Assembly: GCA_965219685.1 (NCBI GenBank)
Contig: CBDCOH010000002.1
Span: 512,001-576,000, forward strand
Length of the DNA: 64,000 bases
DNA from: Candidatus Spongiisociaceae bacterium
GTDB taxonomy: Bacteria; Actinomycetota; Acidimicrobiia; Spongiisociales; Spongiisociaceae
Direction: 5' to 3'
Under the pieces are notes generated by a model, which was given only the letters and a program-made list of their open reading frames with translations, was not told where the DNA came from and made no database searches. The stretch's first letter is position 1. Each line of letters opens with the position of its first letter. This document shows positions 51,954 to 61,630 of this stretch, piece by piece. Both the position numbers and the translations under genes were made by a program.

Positions 51954-52358
51954 ATGTATATGAACCTCACCACGCTGGCGATCGCCCTCTCACCGACCAC
52001 GATCATGGTCGCGTTTATCATTTTCGGGTTGCGAAGCCTTCGCAACGACCTGAATATGGGGTTGGCGCGGTTGGACAGCAGGATGGACCGGTTGGACAGC
52101 AGGATGGACCGGTTCGACAAGAGGATGGGCCGGTTCGACGGGCGGATGGACCGGTTCGAGAACAGACTGAACGGGTTCGACGACAAGATCGACGAGGACC
52201 GGGAGGGAAACCGCAGATCTTTCGAGAAACTGTTCGGGATGGTAGGCGAACTCTCAGAGCGGGTCGCCAGGATCGAGGGCTACCTGAGCGCCCTGCCGTT
52301 CGTCTCCGGCGCCGAGATCGCCTCCAACGTGCCTCAAGAGCCGACCCCGATCAGGTGA
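51954..52358 (+). CDS. Small TM-anchored coiled-coil repeat protein
   Basis: N-terminal TM segment, 21-bp repeats encoding RLDSRMD/RFDKRMG, C-terminal ERVARIEG. Confidence 0.7.
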   Translation: MYMNLTTLAIALSPTTIMVAFIIFGLRSLRNDLNMGLARLDSRMDRLDSRMDRFDKRMGRFDGRMDRFENRLNGFDDKIDEDREGNRRSFEKLFGMVGELSERVARIEGYLSALPFVSGAEIASNVPQEPTPIR

Positions 52359-52438
52359 TCAGGCCCTCTCGGCAGAGGGGCTATCCACCCGGACCCGCCG
52401 CCTCGGGGCAGCTTCGTAGGCGCTAGGGCGAAGCCCGT

Positions 52439-52484
52439 AACCATTCACGATTCACCATTCACGATTCACCACTCACCACTCACC
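52439..52484. repeat. Heptamer array (AYTCACS x6)
   Basis: Begins at the stop codon of the acyl-CoA ligase (GG-TGA GTGGTGA GTGGTGA ATCGTGA... on the minus strand). Confidence 0.9.
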
Positions 52485-54519
52485 CGCCTACGTACACCTT
52501 CCAGTCCACGGCCACTGCTTCGGACTCCGTGACCATCACCGGGTTCAGGTCGATCTCGCCGATATCCGGGCAGGTTGCCATCAGGCGGCCGACCGCGGTG
52601 ATGGCATCGGCCAACCCCTCGATGCTGGCGCGCGGCGCTCCCCGGTAACCGCACAGCAGCGGGAACCCCTGCAGCCGCTCTATCATCCCCACCGCTTCTT
52701 CGATGGTCACGGGCGCCAGGGCGAAGGTCACGTCCTCGAGCAGTTCCACCACGGTCCCGCCCAGCCCGGTCATAACTACCGGTCCGAATGCCGGATCCCT
52801 CAGCCCGCCGACCACCATCTCGACGCCGGTCAGTTGCGGCTGCACCAGTACCGCAGTTCCCAGACGGGAGAGGTCTCGGTACGCGTCGGCGACCTCCTCG
52901 AGGGTGGCGAGGCCGACGTGGACTCCGCCGACGTCGGCTCGATGCTCGATGGAGGGCTCGGCGGTCTTCACCACCACCGCTCCGCCGGCCTCCGCCGCCG
53001 CAGATAGTGCTTCGTTCTCGTCGTGGCAGATCCGGCTCTCCACGGTGCTGATCCCGAATTCCGAGAGGAGAGCAGCAGCCTGCGCAGGCGGGACCGGCCC
53101 GGCGGGAAGTTCCAGCCGCCTGCGAGGGGGCAGCTCCGGGCGGGGGATGATCCGGTGCCGGTTGGTGGCGTATCGCACCGCGTGGCCGACTGACCGGGCG
53201 GTCGGTTCCGGCCACTCGAGGCACGGGATCCCGGCTGCCTGAAGAACGTCGGCTTTGAACCTCTCCGCGCGCGGGGCGACCCAGCAGCAGTAGACCGGTA
53301 CCGCATTCCCGTCGTCCCGCAGGTCGGCGACGGTGTTGCGGACACCGGTCACCGTGGCTTCGTCCATCGCTGCTCTCTGCAGGAGTACCGGGATGACCAG
53401 GTCCACCTCGCCGGACCGTGCGAGGGTGTCGACCAGCCACGGGTAGAGCTCCGCGAACCGCGGCCAGATCGGGGTGATGTCGACCGGATTGCGGGGACTT
53501 GCGAATGGGGGGATCCGGTCCGCTATCCGCGCCTGCAGGCGGGCCGACAGTTCCGGCACCTCAACCCCTTCGGCTGCCAGGATGTCCACGAGTTCCACAC
53601 CGGTCCCGCCCGAGTTGGTGATGATCGCAGCCCGGTTACCTCCCGGCAGGGGCTGGCCGGCCAGCAGGCGGGCCACGTCGAGCATCTCCAGGCCGGTACG
53701 AACGGTTACGGCGCCCGCCTGGCGCATGGCGGCCCGGAAGATCGCATCGTCGGTCCCGAGCGAGCCCGTGTGGGACCGGGCCGCCCGGGCTCCCGCCTCC
53801 GAGCGACCGGTCTTGGCGACGATGACCGGCGTGGTGGGGGCCGCTTCGCGGATCGCAGCCGCAAGCTCGGCGCCGTCGGTCACCGACTCGGCGAGCAGGC
53901 AGATGATGTTCGTGTCAGGGTCGGTATGGAGGTATCTGATCGCCTCGTGGTCCCCGATGTCGGCCTTGTTCCCCGACGAGTACACCTTGCCGAAACGCAG
54001 GTGCTCGTCCGGGGCCATAGCGTGGATAGCCATCCCGTACGCACCCGACTGGGTGATCAGGGCGATCCCTCCCGGTTCGTGGGAACCGGCGGCCGTCATC
54101 GAGGCGTTGAGACCCACGGCCATGTTCTGGACTCCGAAGCAGTTGGGGCCGACGATCCGCACCGGGCCTGCCGCCTCCACCAACTCGGCCTGGAGAGCGG
54201 TCCCCTCCTCGCCGATCTCGGCGAACCCGCCGGCCAGAACCACTATTGCCCCGACCCCCTTCACCGCGGCCTGGCGGGCGACTGTCGGCGTCGCGCGTGC
54301 AGGTACGACCAGCACCGCCAGGTCGACATCTCCATCGACCTCGGTCAGGGACCGCGCCGCCGGAACACCACCCACCGAAGGTGACGAGGAGGTGACCGGG
54401 ACGACCTCGCCGTCGAAGTCCGCGAGGTTGCGCCACACGACGGTACCCACCTTTCCGGGGCGATCCGAGGCGCCTACGACCGCCACACGGGCCGGATTGA
54501 ACACCGCGTCGAGGGTCAA
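52480..54519 (-). CDS. Acetate/acyl-CoA ligase (ADP-forming), fused alpha-beta
   Basis: VAVVGASDRPGKVG, VGPNCFG, TQSGA, AARSHTGSL, NSGGTG, NPVD, ATP-grasp DPAFGPVVMTGLGG, EIDLNP. Confidence 0.9.
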   Translation of the reverse strand: MTLDAVFNPARVAVVGASDRPGKVGTVVWRNLADFDGEVVPVTSSSPSVGGVPAARSLTEVDGDVDLAVLVVPARATPTVARQAAVKGVGAIVVLAGGFAEIGEEGTALQAELVEAAGPVRIVGPNCFGVQNMAVGLNASMTAAGSHEPGGIALITQSGAYGMAIHAMAPDEHLRFGKVYSSGNKADIGDHEAIRYLHTDPDTNIICLLAESVTDGAELAAAIREAAPTTPVIVAKTGRSEAGARAARSHTGSLGTDDAIFRAAMRQAGAVTVRTGLEMLDVARLLAGQPLPGGNRAAIITNSGGTGVELVDILAAEGVEVPELSARLQARIADRIPPFASPRNPVDITPIWPRFAELYPWLVDTLARSGEVDLVIPVLLQRAAMDEATVTGVRNTVADLRDDGNAVPVYCCWVAPRAERFKADVLQAAGIPCLEWPEPTARSVGHAVRYATNRHRIIPRPELPPRRRLELPAGPVPPAQAAALLSEFGISTVESRICHDENEALSAAAEAGGAVVVKTAEPSIEHRADVGGVHVGLATLEEVADAYRDLSRLGTAVLVQPQLTGVEMVVGGLRDPAFGPVVMTGLGGTVVELLEDVTFALAPVTIEEAVGMIERLQGFPLLCGYRGAPRASIEGLADAITAVGRLMATCPDIGEIDLNPVMVTESEAVAVDWKVYVGG

Positions 54520-55343
54520 GTAGTGAAGGTCCGTTCCAACTCGGAGGGCCGGAACTCCCCTCTGCGTACCCCGAGAGGGTCGATGGTTCGCACCAGGTCG
54601 ATCTGCTCCCGGCTCGGTGTGGCCACCGTCTCGAGGTCCGTAGCCACCTCGAAGCCGAAGCCGGTGGCCGCCGAGACGTCGTCGAGCGTGACGTCGGGGA
54701 ACAGCTTCCGGAGCCGGGCACGGCCGCCGGGGAAGTCGAACACCCCCAATTCGGTCACCAGGGTCTCGGGTCCACCTCCCGTGTAGCCCAGGTCGGCCCT
54801 CGTTCCCTCGGGTGTCCGGTGGCCGATGTCGGTGATGAAGTCACACGCCTCGACCAGGCAGCGGCCCGGTCGGTGGTTGGTGCTCCACAGGGTGAGTCGG
54901 CCGATGGTCGCCGATATGTTGCAGCCTCCGCCTCCGCCCCCCAGCTTCACCTTGGGGGTCGGCATCGAGCCGATCGAGGTGACGTTGGTGTTCCCGTAGG
55001 GGTCGATCTGGATGCCGGACAGGAACATGTGGTCGACCTCGCCCCGCACCGACATGTCGAACGCCTCAGCGAACCTCATCGAGTACACGGCGCCCTGCCT
55101 GAGGGAGTGGTCGTTGCTGGTGGGCGGGATGAAGGCCGGGGAGGGATTCACCGCGTACATGGCGCCCTCGATCAGCAGTGCCGAGGGGGCGTGGGTTCGC
55201 TTGGCCAGGTGCATGGCGACCGTGGCGCAAGGGCTCCCGAAGCCGTGGAAAGTGACCTCCCCGTCCCGGACAGTCCGGGCGAGTTCCACCACGAAGAACT
55301 CGTCGAAGCTGAACCGTTGGCTCACCCGAACAGGTCCATCCAT
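54516..55343 (-). CDS. Family I CoA-transferase beta subunit (GctB-like)
   Basis: QIDPYGNTN, GGGGG, DFITDIG, GGPETLVTELGVFDF. Confidence 0.88.
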   Translation of the reverse strand: MDGPVRVSQRFSFDEFFVVELARTVRDGEVTFHGFGSPCATVAMHLAKRTHAPSALLIEGAMYAVNPSPAFIPPTSNDHSLRQGAVYSMRFAEAFDMSVRGEVDHMFLSGIQIDPYGNTNVTSIGSMPTPKVKLGGGGGGCNISATIGRLTLWSTNHRPGRCLVEACDFITDIGHRTPEGTRADLGYTGGGPETLVTELGVFDFPGGRARLRKLFPDVTLDDVSAATGFGFEVATDLETVATPSREQIDLVRTIDPLGVRRGEFRPSELERTFTT

Positions 55344-56236
55344 TCCGCGGTGGAGGAGGAATACCGGGCGAGCCGGTCGAGGCGGTCGTACCCGACCCGG
55401 TCCCGGTAGGCGTCTTCATCGATCTCGGTAACGAAGGTCCGCAGGTACTCGTCGGCGCCCGAAGGGGTCTTGGCGGCGGCCACCCAGGCGGAGATGTGTT
55501 CGCGGTCGTACGCATACCCCGGGTAGCAGGAACTCGGATGGGCACCATACGGAACCTCCGCCACGGCCGCGACCCGGTAGAACGGGATCACGATGCCGGC
55601 CTCGGCGACCTCCCCGGTTGACGCTATCCGATCGACTGTCGCCACCACCATCTTCGAGGCCTTGGCGAAGTGCTCGTCGAGGACGTAGGGCTGTTCCAGG
55701 GCCAGGTTGCCTTCCCGGTCGCCCAGGGGCGCGTGGATGAGGGCCACGTCCGGCGCCATCGGCGGCACGGCTACGAAGGTGTTGCCGGTGAACGGGCAGG
55801 TGACCCTGCCGTACTCGGGATGGAGCGCCTCGATATCGGTCCCTTTCACTCCGTGGACCGGTAGGAAAGGTAGGGCCATCTCGGCGGCCCGGAGTTGGGT
55901 GAGGATGGTGTCGCAGCAACTCTCCCGGGCCTCGAGGGATCCCTCCTGAGCGGCTCTCCGGAAGGCGGGTGCCAATCCGTGGTCCTGCTCGTACCCGACG
56001 TAGCTCTCCTCGCAGACGGAGATCGATCCCGCCGCGGCCAGCAGGTCCACATCGATGGAATGGGCCGAACCCACCACATGGAGATCGCCGATCCCCATCC
56101 TGATCAACTGCCGCACGAGAGCCATGGGGAGCCGGGCGGAGAGTCCCCCTCCGAGCGCAACCATCGATCCCGGCTGGACCAACCGGGCGGCTTCCTCCAA
56201 TCCCGTGTACTTGTCCGGTGCGAGGTGTATGCCCAT
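55322..56236 (-). CDS. Family I CoA-transferase alpha subunit (GctA-like)
   Basis: VALGG..RLPMALVRQLIR, LPFLP, CPFTG, PDVALIH, PYGAHPSSC. Confidence 0.88.
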   Translation of the reverse strand: MGIHLAPDKYTGLEEAARLVQPGSMVALGGGLSARLPMALVRQLIRMGIGDLHVVGSAHSIDVDLLAAAGSISVCEESYVGYEQDHGLAPAFRRAAQEGSLEARESCCDTILTQLRAAEMALPFLPVHGVKGTDIEALHPEYGRVTCPFTGNTFVAVPPMAPDVALIHAPLGDREGNLALEQPYVLDEHFAKASKMVVATVDRIASTGEVAEAGIVIPFYRVAAVAEVPYGAHPSSCYPGYAYDREHISAWVAAAKTPSGADEYLRTFVTEIDEDAYRDRVGYDRLDRLARYSSSTAEWMDLFG

Positions 56237-56240
56237 CCGA

Positions 56241-57008
56241 CTACTGGGCGGTCATGCCGCCGTCGACGGTGAAGATGGAACCGGTGACGAAGCTCGCCTC
56301 GTCGGACGCGAGGAAGAGGGCGGCCCGGGCGATCTCGGACGGTTCGCCGATCCGTCCGATCGGGTACTTGGTGGCGGTCATGGCCAGCCCGCGTTCGAGA
56401 TCTCCCTGGCCCCGTTCCAGCATGAGGGGCTCCATCAGGGGGGTGTAGACGGTTCCGGGGCAGAGGGCGTTCACCCGTATCCCCAGCGGTGCCAGGTCGA
56501 CTGCCATGGATCGGGTCAGCGACACCACGGCGCCCTTGGCCGCGCAGTAGGCGGCGAACCCCTGGACTCCGACCAGCGCCGCCACCGACGCCTGGTTCAC
56601 GATCGAGCCTCCGCCGGCGGCCTCCAGATGGGGTATCGCGGCCCGGGAAACCAGGAAGGTTCCCTTCACGTTCACGTCGAAGCACCGGTCCCAGTTCTCC
56701 TCGGTGGCGCTCGCCACCGACCCCGAGGAGCCGACCCCGGCGTTGTTATAGACGATGTCCAGCCGACCCAGAGCGCGGGCTGCCGAGTCGACGGCTTGCG
56801 ATACCTGGGCATCCGACGACACGTCGGCGACGAAAGCCCGAGCGGTCCCGCCGGCGACGCGGATGGCGGAGGCGGTGGCCTCGGCAGCGTCGTGGTCGAT
56901 GTCCACGACGGCGACAACTGCTCCCTCACCGGCGAATACCTCGGCCGTCGCCCTCCCTATTCCGGAGCCGGCCCCGGTGATCAACGCGCTGCGCCCTGCA
57001 AGCCTCAT
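56241..57008 (-). CDS. SDR dehydrogenase, probable 2-(S)-hydroxypropyl-CoM dehydrogenase-like (XecE-like)
   Basis: TGAGSGIG, AAYCAAKGA, CPGTV, KYPIGR, DGGMTA, shared with S-HPCDH; CoM cluster context. Confidence 0.7.
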   Translation of the reverse strand: MRLAGRSALITGAGSGIGRATAEVFAGEGAVVAVVDIDHDAAEATASAIRVAGGTARAFVADVSSDAQVSQAVDSAARALGRLDIVYNNAGVGSSGSVASATEENWDRCFDVNVKGTFLVSRAAIPHLEAAGGGSIVNQASVAALVGVQGFAAYCAAKGAVVSLTRSMAVDLAPLGIRVNALCPGTVYTPLMEPLMLERGQGDLERGLAMTATKYPIGRIGEPSEIARAALFLASDEASFVTGSIFTVDGGMTAQ

Positions 57009-57076
57009 CTCCGTCCGATCCTAGGCATTCCAGGCCGGCAGGCATATTCTGGGGCCGGTTGTCGATGGAGGTGAGC

Positions 57077-57817
57077 ATGTCCGATGGTTCCGGAACGGTG
57101 GCGGTGGTGACCGGAGGCGGGTCCGGGATAGGTCGAGCGACCTGCGCCCGCCTTCGCCAGGAAGGATTCAGGCTAGGCGTGCTCGATCTCGATGCCGAGA
57201 GCGCCGCCGATTCGGCCGGGCGAGGCATCGGTCTCGGGGTCGACGTTTCGGATCCGGGGGCGGTGTCGGAGGCGTTCGCCACCATCGGGAAGGAACTGGG
57301 TCCGGTCGAGGTGCTGGTCAACAACGCCGGCATCACCGGCTCCGCAGCCGCGGGCCGGCTCCATGACACTCCGCTGGAGGAGTGGGACCGGGTGATGGCG
57401 GTCAACGTGAGGGGCGTCTACCTGTGTTCGCGGGCCGCCCTCGATTCGATGGTCCCGCGCCGGTCGGGGCATATCATCACGATCGCCTCGGTAGCGGGGA
57501 TGGTTCCATTCCCCGCCCGCTCGGTGTACTCGGTGTCCAAGGCCGCTGCTCTCCTGCTGGCCCGCTCCATCGCGGCCGACTACGCGGCCGACGGGATACG
57601 GTCGAATGCGATCTGTCCGGGCATGGCGGAGACTCCGATGACCAAGTGGCGGCTCGACCAGCCGGAGCTTCGAGCAGCGATCGAAGCCCGGATTCCCATA
57701 GGCAGGGTGGCCCAGCCGGAGGACATTGCCGATGCGGTAGTTCTCCTGGCCTCCGGCCGTCTCTCCTACATGACCGGACACGGCTTGGTCGTCGACGGTG
57801 GATGGACCGTCCGGTAG
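57077..57817 (+). CDS. xecD: 2-(R)-hydroxypropyl-CoM dehydrogenase
   Basis: NNAGITG..LHDTP, FPARSVYSVSK, CPGMAETPMTKWRLDQPELR; both sulfonate-binding Arg positions of R-HPCDH are retained. Confidence 0.85.
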   Translation: MSDGSGTVAVVTGGGSGIGRATCARLRQEGFRLGVLDLDAESAADSAGRGIGLGVDVSDPGAVSEAFATIGKELGPVEVLVNNAGITGSAAAGRLHDTPLEEWDRVMAVNVRGVYLCSRAALDSMVPRRSGHIITIASVAGMVPFPARSVYSVSKAAALLLARSIAADYAADGIRSNAICPGMAETPMTKWRLDQPELRAAIEARIPIGRVAQPEDIADAVVLLASGRLSYMTGHGLVVDGGWTVR

Positions 57818-58171
57818 GGAGGTCCGCGAACACCAACTGCCGGGGAGGAGTCGCGACGGGCAATCCCCGTTAACGGATCAAGCCCTCCAACCGATCCCAC
57901 AGCCTCAATGTCTGCTTGCCCGAACAGACCTTTTGCGCATCTCTAACCCGCCTGTGAAAAGCCATATGGCGCGGACGGCAGCATTGGCCGGGATGACGGC
58001 GGTTGTCCAGCTTCGGAGGACGATTCCGGCCAGGGCACATCTCCGGTTTGGTAGCCTGAAGCCGCCGACAGCGTCGCGGGCCACGTAAGACGAGCCGCCG
58101 TGAGGAGGTATGGAGGAAACCAAAGCCCGGCCGCTGTCTACCCGATGCTTGCTTCGAGAGATGGAGGAGAC

Positions 58172-59278
58172 ATGCAGATCAAGGGTGAAGAGGTACTGAT
58201 CCCGACCTCGATGGTGGGGAACTATCCCAACCCGCGCTGGTGGGATGCCCAATGCGTACGCGAGTGGACCGGAGACCAGGAGCCGCCCGACGCCTTTATC
58301 CGGGAGGCCTTGGAGGACGCAGCGGCTGCGCTGGCCAAGGACCAGGAGAACGCCGGTCTCGACATCATCACCGACGGTCGTCTCCACGGTGACAACTACG
58401 CGGACCAGGCCCTCTACTACTACTACAAACGTCTCGGCTACGACCTCAAGGGTGGCTTCCTTGGGTTCCCGATCTACAGCCGGCTCCATGCCGGGACTCT
58501 CACCCAGGAGGTGAAGCGGCGGGGCGCCATCATGGTGGAGCAGGCCAGGGCGCTGAAGCGGGCCACCAACAAGGCCACCAAGGTCCAGTACACCGGGATC
58601 CAGGTGTTGGCCCAGGCCACCAACGACCTCCACTACGAGGCCGCCGAGGACCGGGCAATGGCGATCGCCGACGCCGTCAACGAGGACATCCTCGAAGTGG
58701 ACGCCATGGGGATCGACTTCATCCAGTTGGACGAGTTCACCTGGCCGTACTTCTACGAGCCCTGGGCCATCGAGGCCTTCAACCGGGCTGTGGCGGGCGT
58801 CCAGAACGCCAAGATCATCGTCCACATCTGCTGGGGGAACTGGGGCGGAACTCCCGCCTACTTCCCCGACGACACGGCGGGGGCGGGAGAGATCTTCGAC
58901 CTGACCATCCGTGAAGGCGATGAGCCATCGGCGACCGCCTCGGTGATCCCGGCCTCTTACGACGCCAACATCGACGTTCTCAACCTGGAGAACTGCGGTA
59001 GGCGCTCGGATGACCTGTCCGGTCTCGAGGTCGTGAGGAACAACCCGGTGCCCGAGAACGTCCAGTTCTGGGCGGGGGTGATCGACGTCAAGTCGACGAT
59101 CACCGAGACCGCCGAACAGGTGGCGGGGCGGATCCGCAGGTTGCTCGAGTACGTGCCCGCCGACCAGTTGGGCGTCACCACCGACTGCGGCCTGATCCTG
59201 CTGCAACGCTACATCGCGCAGGACAAGCTGCACGCGATGGTGTCCGGAGCGGAGCTCGTTCGCAGCGAACTCGGCTGA
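58172..59278 (+). CDS. etnE: Epoxyalkane:coenzyme M transferase (EaCoMT; MetE-like Zn enzyme)
   Basis: PTSMVGNYPNPRWWD, DGRLHGDNYADQ, FPIYSRLHAG, HICWGN, TDCGL; GGAG RBS before ATG 58172. Confidence 0.92.
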   Translation: MQIKGEEVLIPTSMVGNYPNPRWWDAQCVREWTGDQEPPDAFIREALEDAAAALAKDQENAGLDIITDGRLHGDNYADQALYYYYKRLGYDLKGGFLGFPIYSRLHAGTLTQEVKRRGAIMVEQARALKRATNKATKVQYTGIQVLAQATNDLHYEAAEDRAMAIADAVNEDILEVDAMGIDFIQLDEFTWPYFYEPWAIEAFNRAVAGVQNAKIIVHICWGNWGGTPAYFPDDTAGAGEIFDLTIREGDEPSATASVIPASYDANIDVLNLENCGRRSDDLSGLEVVRNNPVPENVQFWAGVIDVKSTITETAEQVAGRIRRLLEYVPADQLGVTTDCGLILLQRYIAQDKLHAMVSGAELVRSELG

Positions 59279-59375
59279 CATCTCTTGAACGCGCAGGACC
59301 GTCCCTTAGCCGGGACGGTCCTGCCGTTTGCAGGTACAATCGCCATATGGACACGGCATCACGGATCGCATTGCC

Positions 59376-60287
59376 ATGGTTGTAGCCGAAACGCCGACCC
59401 CGAACGCCCGCGCCCACCCATACCGGGGGCTCTCGGTCCAGCATGTGGACCAGGTACCGGAGCCTGCGTTCATGGTCGATTACCTGATGGGCCGGGAGGT
59501 GTACCGCCGCACCGACTACCTGGCGCTCGTCCACGAGGGGTCGGTGGGGTTGGCGGCCGTGGCACGCCAGGAGAACGACGAACTGTTCCAGACCGTCGTG
59601 GACGTCGAGGTGTGGTCGGGCCCCGACCGGACGATGCTGATCGAGGATCCGGCGGTGGACGTAGGGAACGCCACCGCGCTCGCCGGGGCCGCGGCTGGCC
59701 GGGGACGTCCCGGTATGTCGGGATTCGTGGTGAAGGGGATGTTCGAGCACATCAACTTCATCTGGGAACCCGACCCCGTCCGGATCCGGGTCACGGAGGT
59801 CACGCCCCCCGAGCCGCCCAAGTTGCTGCGCCAGGCCCAGCAGGTCGTCGACTTCGACGAGGATCTCCCCCCGGTGGAGTTGGTGCTCGACTCGGTCAAC
59901 TTCCCCGATCTCGCGGCCACGGTTCCCGCCGATTCCTACCTGCTTCCCTGCCGGGGAGCCGGGACGGAGCTTGACGGTGACATGTCGTACCTGGACACCC
60001 GGCCGGCGACACGCGAGGAGTGGGTGATGATCGGATGCGAGCGATCCATGCAGTTCCACCGCCACTTCTACGGCGACGAGCCTCGCCAGGTCGACATATG
60101 TCCCCGCAAGCGGGTGGAGAAGGAAGCCTCCGGAGATCGATGGCTGGTCAAATGCTGCATGCTGGAGCGAGGCATGGAGTTCGCCGACAACCGCGCAATA
60201 GTGCCCTGGGGAGCGAATCTTGATGAGGTACGGCACGCGCTCCGTCTTCTGACCGGAGTGGAGGCCGTGGCTCCCGTTCCGGGATGA
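59376..60287 (+). CDS. Cys-rich hypothetical protein, candidate XcbA (CoM biosynthesis)
   Basis: LLPC, IGCERS, DICP, KCCMLE, VPWGA; lies between EaCoMT and the xcbD/E/C-like genes with an ATGA overlap. Confidence 0.6.
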   Translation: MVVAETPTPNARAHPYRGLSVQHVDQVPEPAFMVDYLMGREVYRRTDYLALVHEGSVGLAAVARQENDELFQTVVDVEVWSGPDRTMLIEDPAVDVGNATALAGAAAGRGRPGMSGFVVKGMFEHINFIWEPDPVRIRVTEVTPPEPPKLLRQAQQVVDFDEDLPPVELVLDSVNFPDLAATVPADSYLLPCRGAGTELDGDMSYLDTRPATREEWVMIGCERSMQFHRHFYGDEPRQVDICPRKRVEKEASGDRWLVKCCMLERGMEFADNRAIVPWGANLDEVRHALRLLTGVEAVAPVPG

Positions 60288-61630
60288 GCATCCACCTAGC
60301 CGACTCGGTCGTATACGGCCATCTGTGGGCCACCGACGAGGTGAGGGCGATCCTGGGAGATGAGGCCCGGTTCCGAGCCTGGTTGGACATCCTGGCCACG
60401 CTCGCCGAAGCCCAGGCCGAGGTCGGACTGGTCCCCGAGTCCGCCGCGGCGCTCATAAGGGAACATGCTCGGACCGCCGAGATCGACCTCGAACGGATAG
60501 GGGCGGAGACCAGGGCCACCGGCCACTCAACCCTGGGGCTGATCCGGGTCCTGCGCGCCACGCTGCCCGAGCCGGCCCGCGAGTGGGTCTACTACGGCGC
60601 CACCGTCCAGGACCTTACGGATACGTGGACCTCCACCGTCATGCGATCGGTGGGCGACCTGCTGGAGCGGGACCTGGCTCGCATCGAAGCGGCTGCCGTG
60701 GCTCTCGCCCGGGACCACCGGAACACCCCGATGATGGGCCGCACCCATGCCCAGCCGGCCATCCCGATCCCGTTCGGATTCAAGGCCGCGGTCTGGGCCT
60801 CGGAGATCGCTCGTCACCGCCGCCGGCTCGAGGCAGGGCGGGAGCGCTGGGAAGTGGTGCAGTTGGGCGGGGCGCTGGGAACGATGGAGTTCTGGGGCGA
60901 CCGTGCGCTGCCGTTGCTCGACGAGTTCGCACGCCGCATGGGCCTCGGCGTTCCATCGATACCTTGGATAACCAGCCGGGACGGCCCCGCCGAGTTCACC
61001 CATCTGCTCGCCATGACGGCAACCACCATCGCCAAGGTCGGCAACGAGATCATGGAGCTGCAGAGGCTCGAGTTGGGCGAGGTACGGGAACCGTTCATCG
61101 AGGGAACGGTCGGGAGCATCACCATGCCCCAGAAGCGCAACCCGGAACTGTCGGAGCACCTGGACACCCTCGCCCGACTCGTACGGGCGGACGCCGGGGT
61201 GGTTACGGAGGCGATGATCCAACTACACGAGCGGGACGGGCGGAGCTGGAAGGCCGAGTGGATCGCGATCCCGGAAGCCTGCGCCATGACCCTTTCCGCC
61301 ACCCGCTACGCAGCGGTCCTGGTGGAGGGCCTGGAGGTGGAAGCCGGCCGGATGATGGCCAACATCGAGGCGCGGAAGGGGTACGTGTTCGCGGAGCCGG
61401 TGATGCGATATCTCGCCGATCGGGTCGGCAAGCACACGGCGCATGACATCGTGTACGACGCCGCCATGCGGGGATTCGAGCAGGGTCTTACCTTCGCCGA
61501 GGCGATCCTGGGCGATCCGCGGGTCCCCGCCTACCTGGACCGGCGACGGATCGACGAGTTGGCCGACATCGATCGGGTGATGGGCGCCGGGCCGGAGTTC
61601 GTCGACCGGGTCGTTCGGGAAGCGGATTGA
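60284..61630 (+). CDS. Adenylosuccinate-lyase-like aspartase/fumarase-superfamily enzyme (XcbD-like)
   Basis: YGATVQD, GRTHAQPA, QLGGALG, GSITMPQKRNPE, HERDG. Confidence 0.82.
   Translation: MSIHLADSVVYGHLWATDEVRAILGDEARFRAWLDILATLAEAQAEVGLVPESAAALIREHARTAEIDLERIGAETRATGHSTLGLIRVLRATLPEPAREWVYYGATVQDLTDTWTSTVMRSVGDLLERDLARIEAAAVALARDHRNTPMMGRTHAQPAIPIPFGFKAAVWASEIARHRRRLEAGRERWEVVQLGGALGTMEFWGDRALPLLDEFARRMGLGVPSIPWITSRDGPAEFTHLLAMTATTIAKVGNEIMELQRLELGEVREPFIEGTVGSITMPQKRNPELSEHLDTLARLVRADAGVVTEAMIQLHERDGRSWKAEWIAIPEACAMTLSATRYAAVLVEGLEVEAGRMMANIEARKGYVFAEPVMRYLADRVGKHTAHDIVYDAAMRGFEQGLTFAEAILGDPRVPAYLDRRRIDELADIDRVMGAGPEFVDRVVREAD

Noticed and set aside
57820-58170. Riboswitch or ncRNA in the 350-bp leader of EaCoMT
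   Set aside because: Only short hairpins are visible and I recognise no SAM or cobalamin consensus; an Rfam scan would be needed.
58172-59278. Cobalamin-independent methionine synthase (MetE)
   Set aside because: Single-domain protein with the GNYPNPRW signature and CoM context, which fits EaCoMT.
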